Below, one piece after another: positions 48,216-63,400 of a stretch of DNA of 64,000 nt. A program made the position numbers and the translations under genes. How positions within the stretch are numbered: position 1 is the first letter of the stretch; each line of letters opens with the position of its first letter. The notes under the pieces were generated by a model, which saw nothing but the letters and a program-made list of their open reading frames with translations, searched no databases and had not been told where the DNA came from. Origin of the DNA: Owenia fusiformis (lineage: Eukaryota); NCBI GenBank assembly GCA_903813345.2, contig CAIIXF020000001.1, positions 14,632,001 to 14,696,000 on the forward strand, given 5' to 3'.

Positions 48216-48367
48216 TACAGACTGAGCTACTTTATTTCAGCGATCAAACTAAAAAAAAAATTCAAATTATGTTCAAAATGCTAATGTCTAATGATAAAGC
48301 TCATTTATAACATTCTAAGCGTGAAACAATGCCTCTAAAATGAGTAAGATCTTAAAAATATCTAGAT

Positions 48368-48403
48368 ATCTCGGGAGTTTGTTTACATACTTTACTTCCG
48401 GGT
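48368..48403. promoter_or_regulatory. Candidate core-promoter motifs for the Cdc123-like gene
   Basis: Clustered TCTCGGGAG, TGTTTACAT (forkhead-like) and ACTTCCGG (ETS-like), about 1 kb upstream of the first coding exon; motif match only. Confidence 0.3.
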
Positions 48404-50784
48404 AACATCTGTCCTTGAACTAAGGTCAGTAGCAGAAAACCTTTAAACCTATACTGATACAAAGGGGACAGCAATGGAAGTACTTATGACTCTTTTTACA
48501 ACCCGTTTTACACCTATTCAAAATTGAAATTCTAGAATGAGGGTTATGTGATTCACGTGCAATTAAAACCACTTGTAATGTAACATATCTATATTCTATA
48601 CTAGAATTGATTCCATATTCTGCACATTCTTCGCTTTTACAAATGATACCAAATGGGGAAATCTTACTTCCTGCGAAAGCTATGTGGATTTAGATAAGTT
48701 TCAAAATCTAACATGGCTCTCGAAGTGAGTAAGGGAAATCTACCCTGCTCTACCATAGCTGAACCAGTTCCAGAAAATTCAAATTAGGATACGTTCACTA
48801 GAGGCACATTTAATCCGATGAAGAGTTTTATATGCATTTCAATATTCAGTTCATTTATTAAAATGTACATAATTATGCATTCTATAACAAAGACAAGTCA
48901 GACCAGAAGGGAGAATAAAATGTTACAGCCCCTAAAAATATGAAACTTGGAACACCATAAGACAGAGTGCACCTTTCTGAGGCTGACTAAATCAAAGAAT
49001 GGAGGCACTGATGAGGCAATGTAAATAAATCCTAGGAAGATGAACATATCTGTCAGCTAAGCCCAAATCCAAATGTATATAAAATACAGCAATCTGCACA
49101 AATGAAGGGAAAACCAGAAGCAAAGTTCAATGCTTGTTGGCTAATTATAAAGGCTGACCATATACATGTACAAACTAATCTTATCCTGCATAAAGCATAA
49201 AATGGCAATTAGTAAGCTAAATCACTTATATTTAAATCATGATATTAATATCATATCAAAAAATTAAAATGGGGTATCATGGTCTCAATTACTCAGTATG
49301 GTTCATAACTCCAAAGAGGCAAATGGATATATGATTACCTCCAATGATAATTTCTTGTTGAAGTTTAAGATAAAGTATTGTGAGGGTATATTTGGTTTTG
49401 CGCTTGGACAACAAAACTGACTCCAAGACATGACACAAAAATGGATACAAAATAAACAACTCAAGTACATTTATTATTCAAATAAATAAATTGTTTATTA
49501 CAAACAATAAACATGATGAATCCAGGCTTGAACTATTACAGATTCTGAAAAATGTTATGCTTTAAAAACCACATCATCTTTTTTAATACAAATATATGGA
49601 CATTAATTGTTTCATAAACATATCTTTTAACCTTTGACAAAATATTTTGGCTTGAAACTTGGTGCTTCATTGGCAGTATTGATATATTATTGGGAACTGG
49701 TGCTACCATAGTTTTAAATATTTCCAACAAGGCATTAACATGCAAAATATCACCACCTACAATTTTAATAACTGTGTAAAATACATAATTGCTGATGTGT
49801 CCTGTTAGGTTAGATTGAGTAGTACAGTAGAAATAGCAATACAATCAGGACGGCAAAATACTTTGAAATGTTTGATTTTTTTGTTTTTGTTTTTATCCAA
49901 GGCCACGCTTTTATATACAATAAAACCTGTATAGAGTGAACACTTATGGACTGGAGCCACAAAAATATGTTCATTCACTGTAGGTAGGTTCACGACAGAA
50001 AGAGTAATTTATACAGAAGTCAGTAGAGTATGTGCATAGGAGGAGTGTCCACTAGAGAATATATAAGCACAAATCCCAAAGGGAAGGGTGACTAAAAACT
50101 TTAAAGAAACCCAACAAGAAAAGCAAACTGTAAGTGTGAATCTATCATAAGAAAAGTAGACCTTATATATCCCAAAACCATGATCTAACGTGAAAAGAAA
50201 CAATGTCTAACATCCCCCTCCTCCCTCCAATCGAGAACCAATATCACAATCCAGGACCAGAACACCAAGGGACATTTCATGTTCACTAAGACAGGTTTAA
50301 CTGTAAGTATCATTGGAATGGCAGGGTGAACTAAACCAATCAAACTATTCAATAAATATATACACTCCCATTGTGTTGTTCACGGATGTATATTTACACA
50401 GTTGAAATCAGTCAATAGAGGGTGCTAGGCTATATTAGGTGGGTTCACACACACACAGGCTCATATCATGTATCAACCACTCAGGTGTAAAATAACAACG
50501 AGTAAATAAATGCATGGTGTATTTTGTACTGTGATCTTAAACCTGATTTACACATACATAACACCATGGATATTTGAATGAAAGTATCTTTTTAACAGCT
50601 TGCCTTTGTCATTAAATAAAACATGAGAATCAATAATGGCCTTCAAAATAACATATCAAGCATAACTTTTTAAAAGTATTTTTCATATTGGCCCATGAGC
50701 CATATATAACAAGTGGGTCTTATTAAAGAAATCAATGAGATGTACAAAAACCATTTAATCATACTGCACTTTCAGTGGAAGATA

Positions 50785-51020
50785 TTCAGGCAAGTCTTCA
50801 ATCACTTTAATGTACTGATTCGACCCTACCATGGGCATTTTTAGAAAGGTCATGGCTGTAGTTGTTCAGGCAAGTCTTCAATCACTTAAATGTACTGACT
50901 TGACTTTACCATGGGCATTTTAGAAAAGCCATGACTGTAGTTATTCAGGCATGTCTTCAATCACTTAAATGTACTGACTTGACCCTACCATGAGCATTTT
51001 TAGAAAAGCCATGGCTGTAC
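50785..51020. repeat. Three tandem copies of a 79-80-bp unit, downstream of the NADK2 stop
   Basis: TTCAGGCA.GTCTTCAATCACTT starts at 50785, 50865, 50944. Confidence 0.9.
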
Positions 51021-51298
51021 TCCACCTCGTTTTGATTGTACTCACAGCGACATCACTGTTGTCTCTTCATTATGCATTCTGCTGCATAAATCACTATCAT
51101 TTTCAATCTGTATGATTATAACAAGAGTAATGGAGTAATGGATGCAAATCAACGTTTCCTGCAGACCAGTTGATGATTTGAATGGTGACATGACAACTCC
51201 ATTGTTCAACTCTGAGCATATAGAAAATTCTTAACAGAGGCCCCTAGTCTACAGATATGAAAATGATAATCCAATCAATGCACTCTTTTGTATATTCA

Positions 51299-51474
51299 TT
51301 ACTCTAGATCTACAGTTCTTAATGCATCTTCTTCTCGCATCTCTAAAGTTGCAATTGCGCCATCGTTGAAGCTGAATGATGAGCTGCCATCAAGTACGAG
51401 ACAAGCGTCCCAAAGTCTGGACTTTACCTCCATCTTGTTGACGAACCCTCTCGCCTTTGTCACTTGAAATATAC
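51299..51474 (-). CDS. NADK2: NADK2 terminal coding exon
   Basis: ttgcag|GIFQVTKARGFVNKMEVKSRLWDACLVLDGSSSFSFNDGAIATLEMREEDALRTVDLE*. Confidence 0.95.
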
Positions 51475-54400
51475 CTGCAAGTAGAGTGAATAAAACGTAT
51501 CATTATACATGTACTTGTATACTGTTAACATTGCTCAGTGATCTCCCTAGGATTTTTTCTCAGGTGGGAGCAAAATTCTCATTTTCACAATTAAAACCAA
51601 AATTGGTCAAAATATGCCAATTTTTCATGATTTTTCTCATTTTCAAGTGGGTGCAAATGGATTTTCAGATGGGTGCAAGGCTGTTTTCAAAATCTCAGGT
51701 GGGTGTTGAGCCACTTGCTTTAATGCTGGGGAGACCACTGTTGCTTTAATATCAATCTAAATGTACCTCTGTCTGTAAGAAGGCCTCGTCTTATGACTTC
51801 AACAGATGGCAGATGTCATTGGTTAAACTGTCTAGCATATTTATAGATGTAAAGATATATAATTTCCTATCATGAATTGAAAATACCTAAAAAACCTATA
51901 GTCATTTATTGTGAAAACAGATTTATTCAGAGAAAAATGTATAGAATACGTCAGGTAGTTTGATATTGAATTTATTAGAAACATCTATGCATTATCCAAT
52001 ACAACAGAAAGAACCAAACAAGCCATTTGAAAGACCTCCAATACAGTAGTCTAAGAGAGTCACTAAGTCACACATTGATAATTACAGATGCATTTACAGT
52101 GTCACACACTATATTTGGTACACTTCAACTTGAAAACAATAAAGTATAATACAAAAAAAGGAACCATGACCCCTGTGCTCACAGCGAACTGTTACCCCAA
52201 AATGTGACATGTTGACATCAATTTTTTGAATACATTTCTTTTGCCTATTAATATGGTAGTTCTTATTTTTGACATATTAACGAAAATGTGACTTTTAATG
52301 TCAAAATTGCCATTTTCTCCAAAACTGGGAAAACTTGAAAAATTGCAGTAAGAAGACAAATAACTCTTACGGATGAACAAAAAATGATTGCTTATATAAA
52401 TTGTATGTTTTTAACAATTTATCATCACAAAACCTCCCACTGACTTTGTATATGATAATGCTCCCTGTAAAAATGTTCTATTTTTCAAATTTTATTCAGT
52501 AAATATGAAACACTGAAATTCAAAAAGCAATTAATTGCAATTTTCAGAGGACATATGTTACGCCTAATAGAAACTAATAACAGTTCTAACAGACAGATAG
52601 ACAATGGATGGACAGATGCCCAGTCGATCCCACTGTTAATATGTAACAAATAAATGGCCTCATGCTCAGCTGATAACATTAAAGCATAGCCTTCATGGGA
52701 ATATCATATTAATATGTAAATAAAAAGTCGCAAAGCAATTAAAGCTTTGGAACTTACTAACACCAATGATTTGTGTATTCAGATATAGTTCTTTTGCCAT
52801 CTGAAACATTTATTATAATACAGGGATGACCATGCAGCCTTTATAGAGAGATTATATTTGGTAAATTTTATTCCATGTTTTACTTGAGATACTGTACTTC
52901 AATGAAATCGATCCATCAAATTGTTCGCCATGAATCATGTTATGTAGACAAGACTTTACAGAGAAGATTTTAAGTTAGATCCAAAATAGCCACACTTCCC
53001 CAGAATGACAAAAAACGAATCAATTTGAGATTTTCATACAAAGAATCATCCCTGAAAATTTGAAATGGATCTGTCAAAATGTCGCCTGAAAATACATAGA
53101 CAAGATTTTGCAGACAAAATTCTATGATGGAAAATCCAAAATGATTGCCTTAGCATTTACCCAAAAGGCCCAAAAAGTTCACCCATGAATGCAAGTCAAA
53201 TTTTCAGATCATTCCTGCATAGGGGGGGGGGGGGGGGGGTCTAATGCAAACCTTTGAATCAAGAATGCAAATTCGATGTTTTACCCACCATTGATGACTG
53301 GATCTCTGACTGTGTACGCCATTTTATGTTCTTCAGGGGGGAACTTTAATGAACAGTTGAATCGGCGAGTCAGTTTACGAGAGAGTAACTCAACATCCTT
53401 TGGCAATTTACAGTCACTGATTTCATTTGCTGCAATAAAAGAAAACGTGTAAGGACACCGGATGTGGATATAATAATATGAAGTGTTACAGATGTGATTA
53501 ACAAGCATTTAGTGAGATCAAATTCTAAAATTCATTGAACATTCTTTGTGAGAATAAATAGTACTAAATACATGTACATTTGACTTCATGATTCAATACT
53601 TCAAGATTACTTGTATGCCTTTGAAAGGTCACTGTCCAAGATAATATACATTTCTCATTTCTATGTCAAATTCCTGGCATAACCTCACAAGTTGTAACCA
53701 TTTAACCATAACTAGTTAACATGTAATAAGTGTAGGGTATGTTTTAAAAATCATGTTTCTACTACAGCGGTATTTATCAGGGGACAAAATGACACAAAAA
53801 GGACACACAATTCGTGAAAGTACAGTGAAAGTACATGCATACCATTAAAACATTATGCAACTAACCAATTCTTAATATTTTCTTGATATCCTCTTTGGTG
53901 ATATGATTGATGTGAAAGTGCCAGGAGCTGGAACCTGTTCCTGTACATACAGTAATACCAGAGCTCTTCTGTTTGACACTAGGTGACCCATCTATGCTGA
54001 TCTCATAGTACGATACCCTACAATAATAAAATGTCATTGAGTCTAATAGAATCAATGTTGTCTTGTACACCAATGCAAACAGTACATATGCAATGATATT
54101 GTTTGCAGTGCTATTGTGCAACAGTTATGGGGGGGGTTCCTTTGTTGATTTCAATACATTACATTGTAGATTGTGTGATAGGATTATACATGTACACAAT
54201 AGAAATGTATTGTTACCATTACATGACAATAATGGGGAGTTCCATTGCTGTTTACCAACATTGCAGGTAATTTGATTATTCTAAGGATAAAAAAAAATAA
54301 CAAGAAAAAAAAAGAATTAGGTACTTCAGCAAAATTAATAAAAAAAACATTTTGGGATGTATCTGTAGTTTTTGTATGGGTTTTGTAATTGGACAGAAAA

Positions 54401-57400
54401 GCATATTTTGGGACAAACTAATCTGCAACTGGATAGGAAGGATCTAAGTATCCCTGATGATCTAATGGTTTTCCCCTATGTGTTACCTTGCAGAGTTAGT
54501 CTCTCCTATGAAAACTTCATTGAGGGCAAGATGGGGCAGGATTCTGGAGGGCTTCTTCTCGACTTGTTTAGAGGGTTGACAGATCACTTCATTTTCTTTC
54601 ACATGTTCTACACTCCTGGAAGTATAAATGGAAATACAATGTTCCTTTAACTGACCAATATTATAGAAATAAAATTCTCCTTTGGATATCTCTTACTGAA
54701 ATGTCTAATATTGTTTCAATGACAGGTTTAGATTATACAATATGTCTTTTAAATTACATGTAGTAACATAAAAACCCAGATTTGTTCTCAGATTTCTAAT
54801 TTTGCCTAATATAAAACTTCAACCTTCGAATCCAATGTTTCACAATTTATCTTAATTCTCTCGGAAAATGATATTCATCTTCACAAAAGTATGTCTTAGA
54901 GTGAAGTTGTACCATGAAGTTTACTTTACCTCAGTTCTAAAGCTTTGAGTTGAGAGTCATGCAGCTCCACTGGATCATCATCCATGTGTTTCCCTGACAT
55001 TGTGACCCTAATTCTTTGTCTCCTCTTCCACCTGAGAAATATTAAACATAATAAACAACATTTATCTGAAAGTGGCATTTCCACAGTTGGATCTTAGTTG
55101 TTATATGTATTCAGAGAGTGACAAAAAGACTGTGCATCATTACACACTGATTAAAATTGATTTATGAATCAGCATCATGAGGCATCAACATGCGAAATAT
55201 CTCCACATTTTATGTGCTGATACAAAGGGACAAAGGAGCTCTACTTGAAAAGCAATTTTCATGATGAAAGTTGAATTTCAAAATGGCCACCATTTTTTAT
55301 AAAAAACAAACTTTGATAGCTACAAATTTTTACCTGAACTTTCCATCCAGAAGTCGATCCAATGCATGACTAAAGTTAGTAGAAAGTTGCTTCGGTATAC
55401 ACAGGTAGCCCTCTGATCTGAAAACATATTGATATCATTAACCAGATCTGTCATAACGCACCATATTTCAAGATTTGAAAATGGATCATTTCATTCGTCA
55501 CGTTTTAGTAATCATTTAGACAATTTGTAATTTAATCATTTTCAAAAGTTTCATGAAATTTAATTTGAGGTTGGTAATAGGTATATAAAAATGTTATTTC
55601 ATGATCGTGTAGACTATATTCCCAATGTGACATTAACTGATAGCTGACTTTGGATTTACCATATGTCAGTTCAGTACAGTAAAACCTGTCCAATCCGAAC
55701 ACCTATGGGACCAGTCATACATGTTCAGACTAGCAGGTGTTCATATTTCAAAATATAAACATGTAAGTCAATGGAAGATAACAACTATGGGACCAAGTAA
55801 AAGTATTCACATTTTGAGAGGTGTTCGGATGAGAGGTGTTCATATATACAGGTTTGACTGTACATTACCTTGCTGGGTCAGAATTGACTCCAATGACAGG
55901 TATATCTTGGTTGGTGACCTTGCTGGCAGCTAGGAGATATGTACCATCACCACCAGCTGTAAATACAACATCTGGCCAACCAGAGTCTATGAGATCCTGT
56001 GTGTAGTCAAACCTTGTCAATACTCGAGTCTCAATATTCTTTTTCCTGAAACAAATGATATATAAACATAATGTTTAAATAGTAGTAGTGCAAGTCATGG
56101 AAAAACTAGAGTCAACATGATTATGAAAAATTGAGCCAGGACTCAGGAGTGAACGTAAAAATGGAGAAATGAGTATAATGCCATATTTCCTTCATTTCTC
56201 CACAACTTTCAAAATTTTGATACCATCCTTTACTGCAGTGCAAAATGAGAATAGAGTTGAGGGAGTCATGGCATGCTTATGGCAAGTCCTCAGAACTTGT
56301 TATATTGCATGGAGAGTATTTATGGATCTTATACTTACTGTAGTGCATTGACGATAGAGTTGAGGGAGTTCTGGTGGGTTCTGTACCTCATCAATAGAAT
56401 ATTATAGTCTGAGCCTTTGGAATATAACTGAAAGTAAATAATACAAAACATTTGATTTCTATCATATGGGGAAATTGCAAAGGAATTGTACATTACGATT
56501 TTGGAGGGGATAACAACCCTGACCAAATGTTTTCATGAGAAAGCACAAACGGCAAATTTTGATAACCAAAAAATGACACAAATGACTCAAAAGATCCAAA
56601 ATGAAACATGACATATCTTATTATGTAATTGTGCATTGTCAGCTTTGAGTTACATACTATATACAATTGAGTAACTACAAATACATTTTACTAATATGTA
56701 AAATGACTGTGATAAGGACATGTCTTTATTCCTGGTACATTGTATTTGTGTTATCAATATTCATCAAAAGTACAATATTTTATTCCATAAACATTGAATC
56801 AATGTCATCCTCATCTGAAAAAACTGATTAATCCAGCACACAAAAAAATTCAAATGAACCTCTGAACTTGTGAAGATTGGGGAATTGTGCTTTCTATTAG
56901 AAATTCTTTGACAAAACAGTGATACAAAATGACTGCAAAAACATTCTTTCAGACAAAAATAATAATGATTAAAACCACTCAAATCAACTGATATTAGATA
57001 GACAAGAATGGTTTGAAAGGTCAATTTTCTTAAAAACATGTTTTGACTGAGAAATATAAAGATAAAATTGATCAATTCCGGTCAAAAATCTTTTTTCTAG
57101 ATTGTCTAAAGAGTGACCAGATCAGCTTGACCTTGGAGTTTTAACACAGGGCATCAATTTCAATTCCAAAAAATATAGAGCTGTCAATCAAAATCTTGAA
57201 CTGTGTGGTAGAGTAAAAGTTTGAGTTTGGTTGATGTGATGATCTTGAAATATCCTCAGAAAAAGAATTGGAGTTTGGTAACAATGCTCAAAATTTAATT
57301 TGTAAGCATTTAGAAAATTATTTCTTGATAAATACATTCAGGTCAGAGTGACCTACTTGAAACAGACTATTGAAAATATTCTATTTTTAGCACAATGGAA

Positions 57401-60400
57401 CAAATCAATAATCATTCTTAATTTGAAGAAATTTTGCAAGAAACAAAAACATTAGAATAAACTAAAATAATATAAATAAATAAGCAATAAATAAATAATA
57501 ACAAATCCTACCAAAAACAATATTTTATCAAATCAATCATCATTTTGAACATAACATTATTACAGAAATAAGTTTCAGTAGTAATTATAAGTAATATGGC
57601 TATGGCTATATTTTGAGTTGGTAGGCACACTCGGGGATGCCTGATTGCGTGGCCGAAGGATGTTATTTGATGGAATCTAAGCGTTTTTTTTTTCAACTTT
57701 AAAGGTTGACAATGGTAAAAATACAGATACGGTAGAAAGCATCAATAAATTCGCAAATAAATTTATGCATTTGAAAGTAGAGTTACATATGTTCCCATTA
57801 GCATATAAAATTTGAACAAAATATGTCAAATAAATATGTGAGTTACCAAAGATATAGAGGATATCCTATGATTTATGAGTGATATGATTTTTATCCACGA
57901 ATGGATAGGATATCTGCACGAGCGAGCGTAGCGAGAGAGTGCAGATATCAATATCCATGAGTGGATTAAAATCATATCACAAGTAAATCATAGGATGTTC
58001 TTTTTATTCCATAGTTAAAGTCATCATCAGAATTATCGGAAATTAAATGATTTAAGGATGCAGTACCGGGTCAGCCTAGAAAAAGTTCCAGACATTAGAT
58101 TTTGCTCATATTTTTTACAATGCATCACTATGATGTTATCATCATCCAAGTGCAATATGAAGAGGTTTGACCGTCTGGTAATTACAAAATAATAAAATTA
58201 TTTTACCCACCCAAAATGTTCCTTTTTACTTTTGAGTTTTCAATAGAGCTGGCACCTTTCGAACCCTGGTTTTCGTATCCACTAATTGCGACTCAAGAAC
58301 AAGTTTTCCCATAAAAGTGAAAGGGATAAAATATGTTGATGAAATGTTTGCAATTTAATTTTATTTCTGGAAACACCATTATCGAAATAAACTATAATTT
58401 TTGAATAAGACTAAATGCGAAAATGACGTTCTTGGGAGCTAGCTTTCTCAAACTGGAAGTCAAACCTGCGCAAACAGACGTGAAAACCGACCCGGTACTG
58501 CATCCTTAATTCAAATTTTCCAAACGATCCGGCGATGTTGACACTTAACCTCGTTTTGATTCTGAAGTAGCAAAAATCCATAATTCATAGCATACGGAAA
58601 AATGGTGGCCATTTTGAATTCAGTGGCCATCTTGAAAATTCCTTCTTGAACAGAGGCCTATGTAAGATAAGATAAGATAAGTTTATTGTTCTTTATAGTG
58701 GTAGGTCCTATGTCCTGTTGAAGGCATCAGTAAATAAAATTTGAACCATATCCATTGACTGGATGGAGAAGCCGAGTTTTCAAGTTGGTCACTGAATTGC
58801 CCTGAATTCATTTACTGAAAAATTGGTTAATTTGGCACTATTTAATTTGGTGATTCTGCCAATTTTGGCGGCTATTTATTAATTTTGCGAACACAAGGGT
58901 TTGAACATTGCTCTGATACCACAACTTCCATATGCACTGGAGCAAAATACAAATTGTTACAAACATTCCTTCAATTCAACTGCTATATCCAGTACAGTAA
59001 TTAAAGCGATTTCCCTAATCCAATGTAGAAGTGGCATGTTCTGATTAACACCCTTATCCTTTTAAGCTTTTATTTAACCTAAGCCAGAAGTGAGTATCAT
59101 ACACCAGACAAAATTTCCAGGGATCCTCTCTAAATATCGGCGAATTCGCCAAATTAAAACAGGCGCCAAATTAACCCAATCTACAGTATTATATGAAAAA
59201 TGGTGGCCATTTTGAAATCAGCTGCCATACTAAAAATTCCTTTTCAAGCAGAGGTCCTATCCCCAGCCCCATAAGGCATCGGCCTATAAAATTTGAACCC
59301 AATCAGCCATTGGGTATTTGAATTATTGCCCGTAGAGATGAACGAACTAACAAATATTTTGCTAAAGGTTTGCTAAATTGCCTTGTAACTATTTGAGTTC
59401 TTTGAAAAAATTAATTACTTGTAGACTAGAGGCCAGTTGAGCCATTAGTTTATATAGTTAAATAAAATATATGAAATGATGTTATTTTAGAATTATATTT
59501 TCAGAATTTTTAGATGAACTCTAATTCTCTTAAACATTGGCTGCACATCAAAAGATCCTGTCCACCATGGGAGAGCATGCTATTTTCATAGAAATACTAA
59601 GAAAACTTCACAAATCCCCTTAAAGCTCATACAAATGTGTTTCGTTATACCAAAGATAATTACCTACTCCATGCAATGGGTATATCATTTGCGGGTAACC
59701 TTCACTTCTGTTTGAAGTCCAATAACGCTAGGAGTAAAAGCTATTGAAAACACCATCATACTCTAATATACTTTTTTTAACTTTTTAATGACAATGGCAA
59801 AGTGACATGATAATATTTACATATGCTTTTGATATAACTCTGAAGGTATATATTAACAAGATCTAGATATATTGAGGTTTTTGATTTTTTTTATAAATAT
59901 CAATGTTTCGATTTTTTGTCTACCATGGAGGAGCATTTTCAAATGTGAAATACATAAAGATTCCTTATTTTTTCCATTTATTTTAACAATAAACTAATCC
60001 TGTTGCTCAAAGAATAGAGCTTTAATTAGGTTATCCAGTGCCAGGACAATAGACCTAAGAAAATCCTGATAGACTTAGTGTCCATCAATATGGAAGAATT
60101 TTCCACACCTTATAGCTTAAATACACTATTTTGTATTTTTTCCCCAATGAATGGTATGGGTTAATCGGCAGAACAAGAAAATAAAGAAAACTATGGGGAA
60201 ACATAGATACATAAATCATACAAAAGGTATCTAATAATAATTTATAGCGTCCTACCCTTTTTGAAGTTAAGAGAATTTCATAGCTGTTTGAGAATGGCCG
60301 ATATTCTAGTGACCTTGATGTAAGTGATTGACCCAACATTGAAAATGTTTTTTGAAAATGTTTTTCTGACATCATAACTGACAATAAATCAGCATTCCAA

Positions 60401-63400
60401 AAGATTTGAACTTCAATCTTTTCTTATGTGTTTTGAAATTTTTTGTTGAGAAATGAGATCAAAACTCGTGATTCAAAAAATGGCAGCCATTTATTTCGAA
60501 TTTTATAATCACAACATTAGCACACGGTTTAGTCATAAATTGGCCTTATGGTCTCGTGGTACTAAGTAGGACCTTCGGAAACGTCACTGAACAGAATATT
60601 CTGATTCTTTTAGAAAACGTGAGCTTTGAAATTTTAAATATTGTCTGAAACAAAAATGGCAGTCATAAAAAGGAAAATAGATCGCTTTTCAATTCATTTT
60701 TTTTTATTCTTTCATTCTTCTATGAGTGATATCACATTATCAAAGCTCGTATATTGGGCACATTTTCTGAATAATTCAAAAGATTCTGTTCAGTGACTTT
60801 TCCTACAGTCTGTTACACAGCTTCAAAGGCAAGCAGTTGAACCTGAAAAATAAGAAATCTAAAGACTATTGTGCAATAATATATAGAAAAATATATCCAT
60901 TTGCACACAAATGACATTTGTATATCTTGGATTGCTTGTAAATAGTCTTAAGGTGGGACCTGGTCCGTCAGCATACCCAGCACGATACTATTGCTTAATT
61001 ATTAATGTAGTTTTCCAAACTCAAAGACACCCATCAATACGAATAATTATGATGTAATAATAATACGAATGTATTTAAACATTCATGTACGAAGAAATAT
61101 TTGCATCTTCGGGCATTTATAGTTGGGAGATTTAGCGTATTGCATTTGAAATATTTGAGCGCTAGTAACGTCATGGTTTCTATGACATGGGAAAACAATG
61201 GCGCTCAAATTTTACGCGCAGCATCATGAAGTATACGGCGATGAATGATTGAATTTTTCTAAGTCATATTGTTATAATTCTTTCAAAATATAGTAAAACT
61301 AATTAATCTAAAACACACATATGAAGCATGTTCTACATTTACAGCATATGAAAAATATGATGTGATATAAACACTAGTTGAGTCCTGATCATTGTGTACA
61401 TGGTTACCGACACGTCACATTTAATGTTGCTCAAAATAATATAATGTTTCTCGTCGCACTATTTATATTTGTAAATACGTATTACTCTGTATTTATGTTT
61501 AATAAGTTCAAAAATGACTTTTGTTCGTTTTATTACTTCGTAAAATTGTATATTCTCTTATATGTAAAACGTTTTAGATTATGCTTTTTATTGGCACGAC
61601 TTTCGTCCTAGTTGTTATCACTTTCGCTTGAGCATGGGCTTCGTCTAGTTATATTTCTTTGCCCTTTTTACATTTTTTTATATATGAATTGTTAATTCGT
61701 CATGGTAAAATGTTTGATAAGAGATATCTTAACATCCGAGAATTTTTAAAACCGAGTGCAACTGGCCCAATGGCAACACAACCAATGCGCAATGTCGGGA
61801 AGTGTGCAATAATGAGTGCGAAGGGGCGTGTCCCCAGGCGTGTTATATGTCGCCAAATTTTGTATCTCTGTGAAACTTGTCCCGTACCCATCCTTCGTAA
61901 AATTCGATTTACTCGCGCACACGTCATTTTGCGAGACACAAAAGTGTGAATTTCTTTTTAACCGGGACACGCTTGGCGGATGAGATATTTGGTGAATTAG
62001 ATCGTCTTCAGACATTGATGGTACGGGACAAGTTTCACAGAGATACAAAATCTTAAAACATGTAAAAAGTGTGATTACAAACCTCAAGCGAAAGAAAATG
62101 CGATTTTTATTATTAACCGTTGATTAAAAACGTTTGATGATCACCTTTACTTGAGTGAATTGCCAAAGTGCGCGATCGGCGATCGGCGGAGCTTCTGTTT
62201 GCATACATGAAAAATCAAAATAAAGAAGGGCCCTAATAATGGGCAATCTTAGGCCTACATGAAGATAAAAAAGACGATATGATTCAATGATATGATTTGA
62301 CACAACGTATACGTAATTAAATCTCGGCACATGAAAAATACAAAAGTTTACTTTTAACTTACATCAATACTTAAAATAGCAGGTAGATGAGGCGATAATT
62401 TAATTAATAGTTAGTTATTTTGCGATCGACCGCGGTTGATTTAGCACGTTATTTACGGTCTTTGTACTAGGCCTATAGACGTCCTTGATTCTAAAAGACT
62501 GTGGGACGCTAACTTTAGTGGAAGTAATTCATACCGATTGACTTATATTCAAAATCAACTAACTACATTTGATTTAGCAAGGCTAAACCCCATTATCCTG
62601 GGAATCGTCTTTATCTTTGTCGGATCATTCAGGTGAGAAATTTATGACGTAATTCAATTGTTCTCTCCGCCAACTGATGGAATTGGATGCCGGTCTTTTC
62701 TCAAAATACAAGGTACTTTGACTGAATACTGTGACTACAATTTTTGTAATCTTTTTACCAAAAACTAACATAAGCATAATAATATTCCAGATAAAAAAAT
62801 GTGGAAATTTTAAAAAAATCTATCGAGCCGTTTTTCTGTAAATTGAGATCTCCTGAGAGTAAAGTAAGTTTATGGTTTTCCCATAGGATTACATGTTAAA
62901 TATGACAATATAAGCAGCATAGGCTCCTCAAAAATACGACCTTTGAACCTTACTTACTATATCTCAACTTACTTTTTCTGTTTAAAATTTCTACAGCATA
63001 TGTACACCACTTGTTTACATACACTGTGCGATTTTCAGGAAATTCTATCGAGGATTTTTTTTGGCTGACGGACCAGGTCCCACCTTAAACCTCTTATATT
63101 TTGATGCTTCTCTGCCATGTTAATTCTGAAAATATAACATGGCGAATAGACTTCAAATCATAAGTGGGCACAGGCTTATTGCACTAAACACTAAATAATC
63201 TGAAATATACAAATGTCATTTGTGTGCAATATGAATATATTTTTCGATATATGCACAATAGTCTTATTAGATTTCTTATTTGTCAGGTTCAACTGATTGC
63301 CTTTGAAGCAGTGTAACAGACTGTAAGGTGCTACTTTTAGCTATTTTTCAGTCACATTTTCAGAGAGCTGAAAAAGTTATTTCATCATGTTTAATGTAAT

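Noticed and set aside
48713-48730. ATGGCTCTCGAA|gtgagt as the first exon of a + strand gene
   Set aside because: No downstream coding exons identifiable before the NADK2 3' region.
53222-53239. Poly-G run as a G-quadruplex (also C/G runs at about 46193 and 46360)
   Set aside because: Simple intronic homopolymers with no supporting context.
53281-53289. Alternative NADK2 donor (GG|gtaaa) 4 nt further into the intron
   Set aside because: It gives phase 2, incompatible with the phase-1 final exon; G|gtgggt at 53289 keeps the frame.
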